Positions 61,540-64,000 of a DNA stretch of 64,000 nucleotides are shown piece by piece (the first letter of the stretch is position 1; each line of letters begins with the position of its first letter). The position numbers and the translations under genes were made by a program. Below the pieces are notes generated by a model. That model ran no database searches and had not been told where the DNA came from. It saw nothing but the letters and a program-made list of their open reading frames with translations. Origin of the DNA: a virus; IMG/VR virus record IMGVR_UViG_3300012642_000011, positions 192,001 to 256,000 of that record; one strand, written 5' to 3'.

Positions 61540-61704
61540 GGTGCCAACCTATAGGATGAGAGGGAATAATGTAAGTCTGATTGCCTGCATATTTTTGTCT
61601 TATATTGTGTCCCCTTGAAGCGAGTCATCATGTGCGCGCGTGCCAGTTGAATGCAAGAGGGCGGGTTTAGCCATGGTGCGCTCAACCCGCCCTCACGCAG
61701 TAGG

Positions 61705-62337
61705 TCACACCTCGAACGACTCCCACGTGATCGAGACCGGACGGCGCACGGCGCGCCACATGTGCTCACTACCCTCATCCTTGGAGTCAGCCATCCAGCC
61801 CATCACCTGTGGCAGAGACATGTCAGAGCGGTGAAGGTCTTCAGAGTTCAGGTGATTCGGCACAGAGTCTGCACGGGCGATGCCATACTGCCAGATCCGA
61901 CCGTTCAGGCGGTTGGTGCGAATCGTCTCCAAAGCGCGCACGTTGATGTCCTCATCGAAGTCAAGCGCCACGCGAGTGGGGAAGATTTCAGGACGATCTG
62001 CACCGTAGAAGATGATAGCTTCGTTGTGAAGGTTGTAGTCACCATCCTCAAGCAGAAGTACACCCTCACCATAGTGGATGATCGCCTTCATGGTGTCAGA
62101 GTCATCATCGAAGATCGAGTGATAACGGTCATCCTTGCTCACGCGAGCCTCGAACACCACGTCCTGACGCAGAGCGTCATGATCCTCCTTGTAGGAGGTC
62201 TCGAACTTCACGCCATGAGCGGAGAGAACGTCGTAGATGCCCTTGGCGTTCTGGTCGATGCAGCCGATCATCTTGGCGAAGTCGGGCACGTGAGCCTTCG
62301 GGATGGTGATGCGGTAGAGGGGGTGGATCTTAGTCAT
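61705..62337 (-). CDS. hypothetical 210-aa protein
   Basis: SD aaggagagagcacc. Confidence 0.5.
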   Translation of the reverse strand: MTKIHPLYRITIPKAHVPDFAKMIGCIDQNAKGIYDVLSAHGVKFETSYKEDHDALRQDVVFEARVSKDDRYHSIFDDDSDTMKAIIHYGEGVLLLEDGDYNLHNEAIIFYGADRPEIFPTRVALDFDEDINVRALETIRTNRLNGRIWQYGIARADSVPNHLNSEDLHRSDMSLPQVMGWMADSKDEGSEHMWRAVRRPVSITWESFEV

Positions 62338-62525
62338 GGTGCTCTCTCCTTGAGTAGCGGAATTCTTACTGATGTAGAGACTACCATCATCTTCTCCTCA
62401 ATGCAAGCCATGCGATCAATCAGCAAAATGAATGCCGGTCGGACTAAAGCGATAGTCCGACCGGCTTAGTCAGAAGCATTGCGCGCTCAAGCACCTATGG
62501 TGCTAACAAGAAGCATTCTTGACTG

Positions 62526-62876
62526 ATGTGTAGAAGCATACATGCTGATCAGGCAGAGCGCAACCGTTGTCTTCGTGAGGTGGGTCACGGTGTCCGACTG
62601 GCGAGGAACGCGGGTGAGGAGAATGACACGCTCATGACCGCGTTGGAGCGCTTCGGCTTCGAGGTGGATGCCGGTTACGAGAACCCCGATGACGTGGTGA
62701 TCACGAACTACAACGACAAGTATGGCGATGAGATCGTCGCCGCTCTGGAGGCACTTGCCCCGTTCGCTGTCGAGGGCACGGGGATGCAGTGGCAGGGCGA
62801 GGACAATTCCTTCTGGAAGATGGAGGTCAAGGGTGGCAAACTGGATGAGAAGAACGGGGATCTCACCTACTCCTGA
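62526..62876 (+). CDS. hypothetical protein (start uncertain; possibly Met at 62632)
   Basis: ORF only. Confidence 0.3.
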   Translation: MCRSIHADQAERNRCLREVGHGVRLARNAGEENDTLMTALERFGFEVDAGYENPDDVVITNYNDKYGDEIVAALEALAPFAVEGTGMQWQGEDNSFWKMEVKGGKLDEKNGDLTYS

Positions 62877-62949
62877 CCCCAGCACCTTGACGAGAATGCC
62901 CCCATGAGGTAGCATGGAGGCAACAAGCACTCACAGCAGACAGGAGAAC

Positions 62950-63225
62950 ATGATGAACAAGGTGGATGAGGTCAAGACCCACGATGACGCTGGTTTCCTC
63001 ATGGGTTACGAGTTCTACGAGGACAACGGGAAGTTCCGCTGGATCTTCACCGAGCACGGTCAGCCGGACGACGTGAGCAGTGCCCGCTTCGACAGTCTGA
63101 TCGATGCTCTGCGCGGGGCTTCGGACAACGCTGAGGACTCCTTCGGCTCTTACGAGGAAGCCAAGCGACTCACGCGCGTGATGCGCGGCAAGGCGACCCG
63201 ACTGGAGAAGAAGAACCAGTCCTGA
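62950..63225 (+). CDS. hypothetical 91-aa protein
   Basis: SD caggagaacATG; followed by terminator gccccgctggtgacaatgccagcgggcgtttt (63232-63266). Confidence 0.45.
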   Translation: MMNKVDEVKTHDDAGFLMGYEFYEDNGKFRWIFTEHGQPDDVSSARFDSLIDALRGASDNAEDSFGSYEEAKRLTRVMRGKATRLEKKNQS

Positions 63226-63452
63226 CGATGAGCGCCCCGCTGGTGACAATGCCAGCGGGCGTTTTCTATATTCACATTTCGTGTCCCCACTCGTCCCACG
63301 GCGCACCCGCAACAGCAATGAGCCCAGATGACAACATGAGAAGGGGATCAGTGGAGAGGTCGCCACAAGGGGACACAATATGACTATTTTTGAGAACACC
63401 ACCGCCCCGCCTGAACTCCGAGAGGGAGGATAAGCGGGGCGGTTGGTATAGA

Positions 63453-63950
63453 TCAGGCCGTGGCGAGCGCCGGAGCGTGGGCGGAGTGGTAGGACTTCTT
63501 CACCGTCTCCGAGACGCGGCCACGGGTGCCCACGGTGAGGCCCTGTGCGATAGCCCACTCGCGGATGCGCGAGTTGGCAGAGAGGATCACCTTCACCGGA
63601 GCGGCCTCGCCGTGAGCCTCACGGTAAGCCTTGACCACGGCGTGCGGGACGCGACCACGCTGACCCGCCTTCAGCAGCCCCTCGGCCTCGGCCCACGCGC
63701 GGATGACGGGGGCGGACTCACCGGCGAGCAGGCCCTTGTCCTCGTTGTAGGCCGCGCCGACAACCTCCCCCTTGTCGAGCAGACGCTCCGCCTTGGACTC
63801 GCGGAAGTTCTTGTCCTTCAGGGCGGCGGCGGTCTTGTCGGTCAGGGCCACGGTGACGCGCTTGCCGTTCACGCGGATGGTGTGCTCGGTCGCGCCGAAG
63901 TGGCCGGTCAGGGCGTCGCGGACGGTGGAGGTGGTCTGGGTCTTCGTCAT
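63453..63950 (-). CDS. lsr2: Lsr2-like nucleoid-associated protein with two tandem C-terminal DNA-binding domains
   Basis: Two copies of the Lsr2 DNA-binding signature: IRAWAEAEGLLKAGQRGRVPHAVVKAYREAHG and IREWAIAQGLTVGTRGRVSETVKKSYHSAHA (cf. IREWA..NG..VS.RGRIP..V..AY). Confidence 0.65.
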   Translation of the reverse strand: MTKTQTTSTVRDALTGHFGATEHTIRVNGKRVTVALTDKTAAALKDKNFRESKAERLLDKGEVVGAAYNEDKGLLAGESAPVIRAWAEAEGLLKAGQRGRVPHAVVKAYREAHGEAAPVKVILSANSRIREWAIAQGLTVGTRGRVSETVKKSYHSAHAPALATA

Positions 63951-64000
63951 GATGTTCTCCTAAGAGTTGTGGAGCCGTGGTGACTCCGTTATGTGGGCTT

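Larger units (their letters stand above)
27504..63377 (+). repeat. dispersed strand-invariant intergenic motif (A)GGGGACACA(G/A)(A/T)AT, about 43 copies counted by hand
   Basis: Copies at about 27504, 28401, 30604, 32644, 33468, 34388, 35123, 35668, 36687, 39702, 40337, 41541, 42239, 42964, 43298, 43983, 44622, 45358, 45927, 46352, 46947, 47083, 47989, 48597, 49351, 51350, 51999, 52607, 53053, 54075, 54623, 54818, 55934, 56343, 56751, 57344, 60146, 60618, 61193, 63369. Reverse-orientation copies only at about 50647, 51315, 61606. Always intergenic, between a terminator hairpin and the next promoter. Confidence 0.8.

Noticed and set aside
27504-63377. Possibility that the regularly recurring GGGGACACA motif or the type-1/type-2 hairpins constitute a CRISPR array
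   Set aside because: Repeats are only 9-13 bp or are long palindromes; spacing is irregular (400-1000 bp); intervening DNA encodes expressed-looking genes with promoters and SD sites; no cas genes (the TnpB genes are IS-borne and the Cas4-like nuclease is 27 kb away).
63390-63983. 197-aa + strand ORF overlapping the Lsr2-like gene
   Set aside because: Antisense shadow in GC-rich DNA; the minus-strand product has clear Lsr2 DNA-binding signatures and an upstream SD.
1-64000. Phage structural module (capsid, portal, terminase, tail, lysin)
   Set aside because: None of the ORFs show the size or motif patterns of these proteins; the content (Tad/T4SS ATPases, ori with DnaA boxes and iterons, small accessory genes) is more plasmid/ICE-like. 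This does not exclude a prophage whose structural genes lie outside the window.
1-64000. tRNA or rRNA genes
   Set aside because: No stretch with the conserved tRNA T-loop GTTCGAATC-like pattern flanked by an acceptor stem, and no rRNA-like conserved blocks, were noticed by eye; not exhaustively excluded without tRNAscan/Infernal.

Overview
This window is a mosaic mobile-element-like segment with two compositionally distinct halves. Positions 1-24.5 kb are low-GC (about 40%) and carry + strand genes for DNA metabolism and a Tad/Flp-pilus-like plus T4SS-like ATPase locus. Recognisable products in this half are a Cas4/RecB-type nuclease, an orphan GyrA/ParC-like topoisomerase subunit, RadA/Sms, TadB/TadC-like and CpaB/CpaE-like proteins, a VirB4/HerA-like ATPase and a PilT/GspE-like ATPase. 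It also encodes a CpaF/VirB11-type ATPase interrupted in its P-loop by a 331-aa LAGLIDADG intein. A roughly 3 kb non-coding, strand-skewed junction (24.5-27.5 kb) separates the halves. It holds three DnaA boxes, five 13-bp iterons and degenerate tandem repeats, and is most plausibly a replication origin. Positions 27.5-64 kb are high-GC (about 60%, actinobacterial flavour: Lsr2-like gene, TANNNT -10 elements). This half is packed with more than 50 small, mostly minus-strand genes of unknown function, several in paralogous families, and one GNAT. Each small gene is built as its own cassette: a near-identical roughly 85-bp promoter-plus-leader module, the gene, and a terminator hairpin with a conserved loop. 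Almost every intergenic space additionally holds one copy of a strand-invariant 9-13 bp motif, GGGGACACA(G/A)AAT; about 43 copies were hand-tallied in about 36 kb, roughly 40 of them in the + orientation. Two low-GC IS1341-like tnpB-only insertions sit inside the high-GC array. I read the right half as a hypervariable, shuffling accessory or anti-defence-like gene array with an undescribed regulatory or architectural syntax. No rRNA, tRNA or CRISPR was recognised. Coordinates of motifs counted by hand may be off by 1-3 nt.
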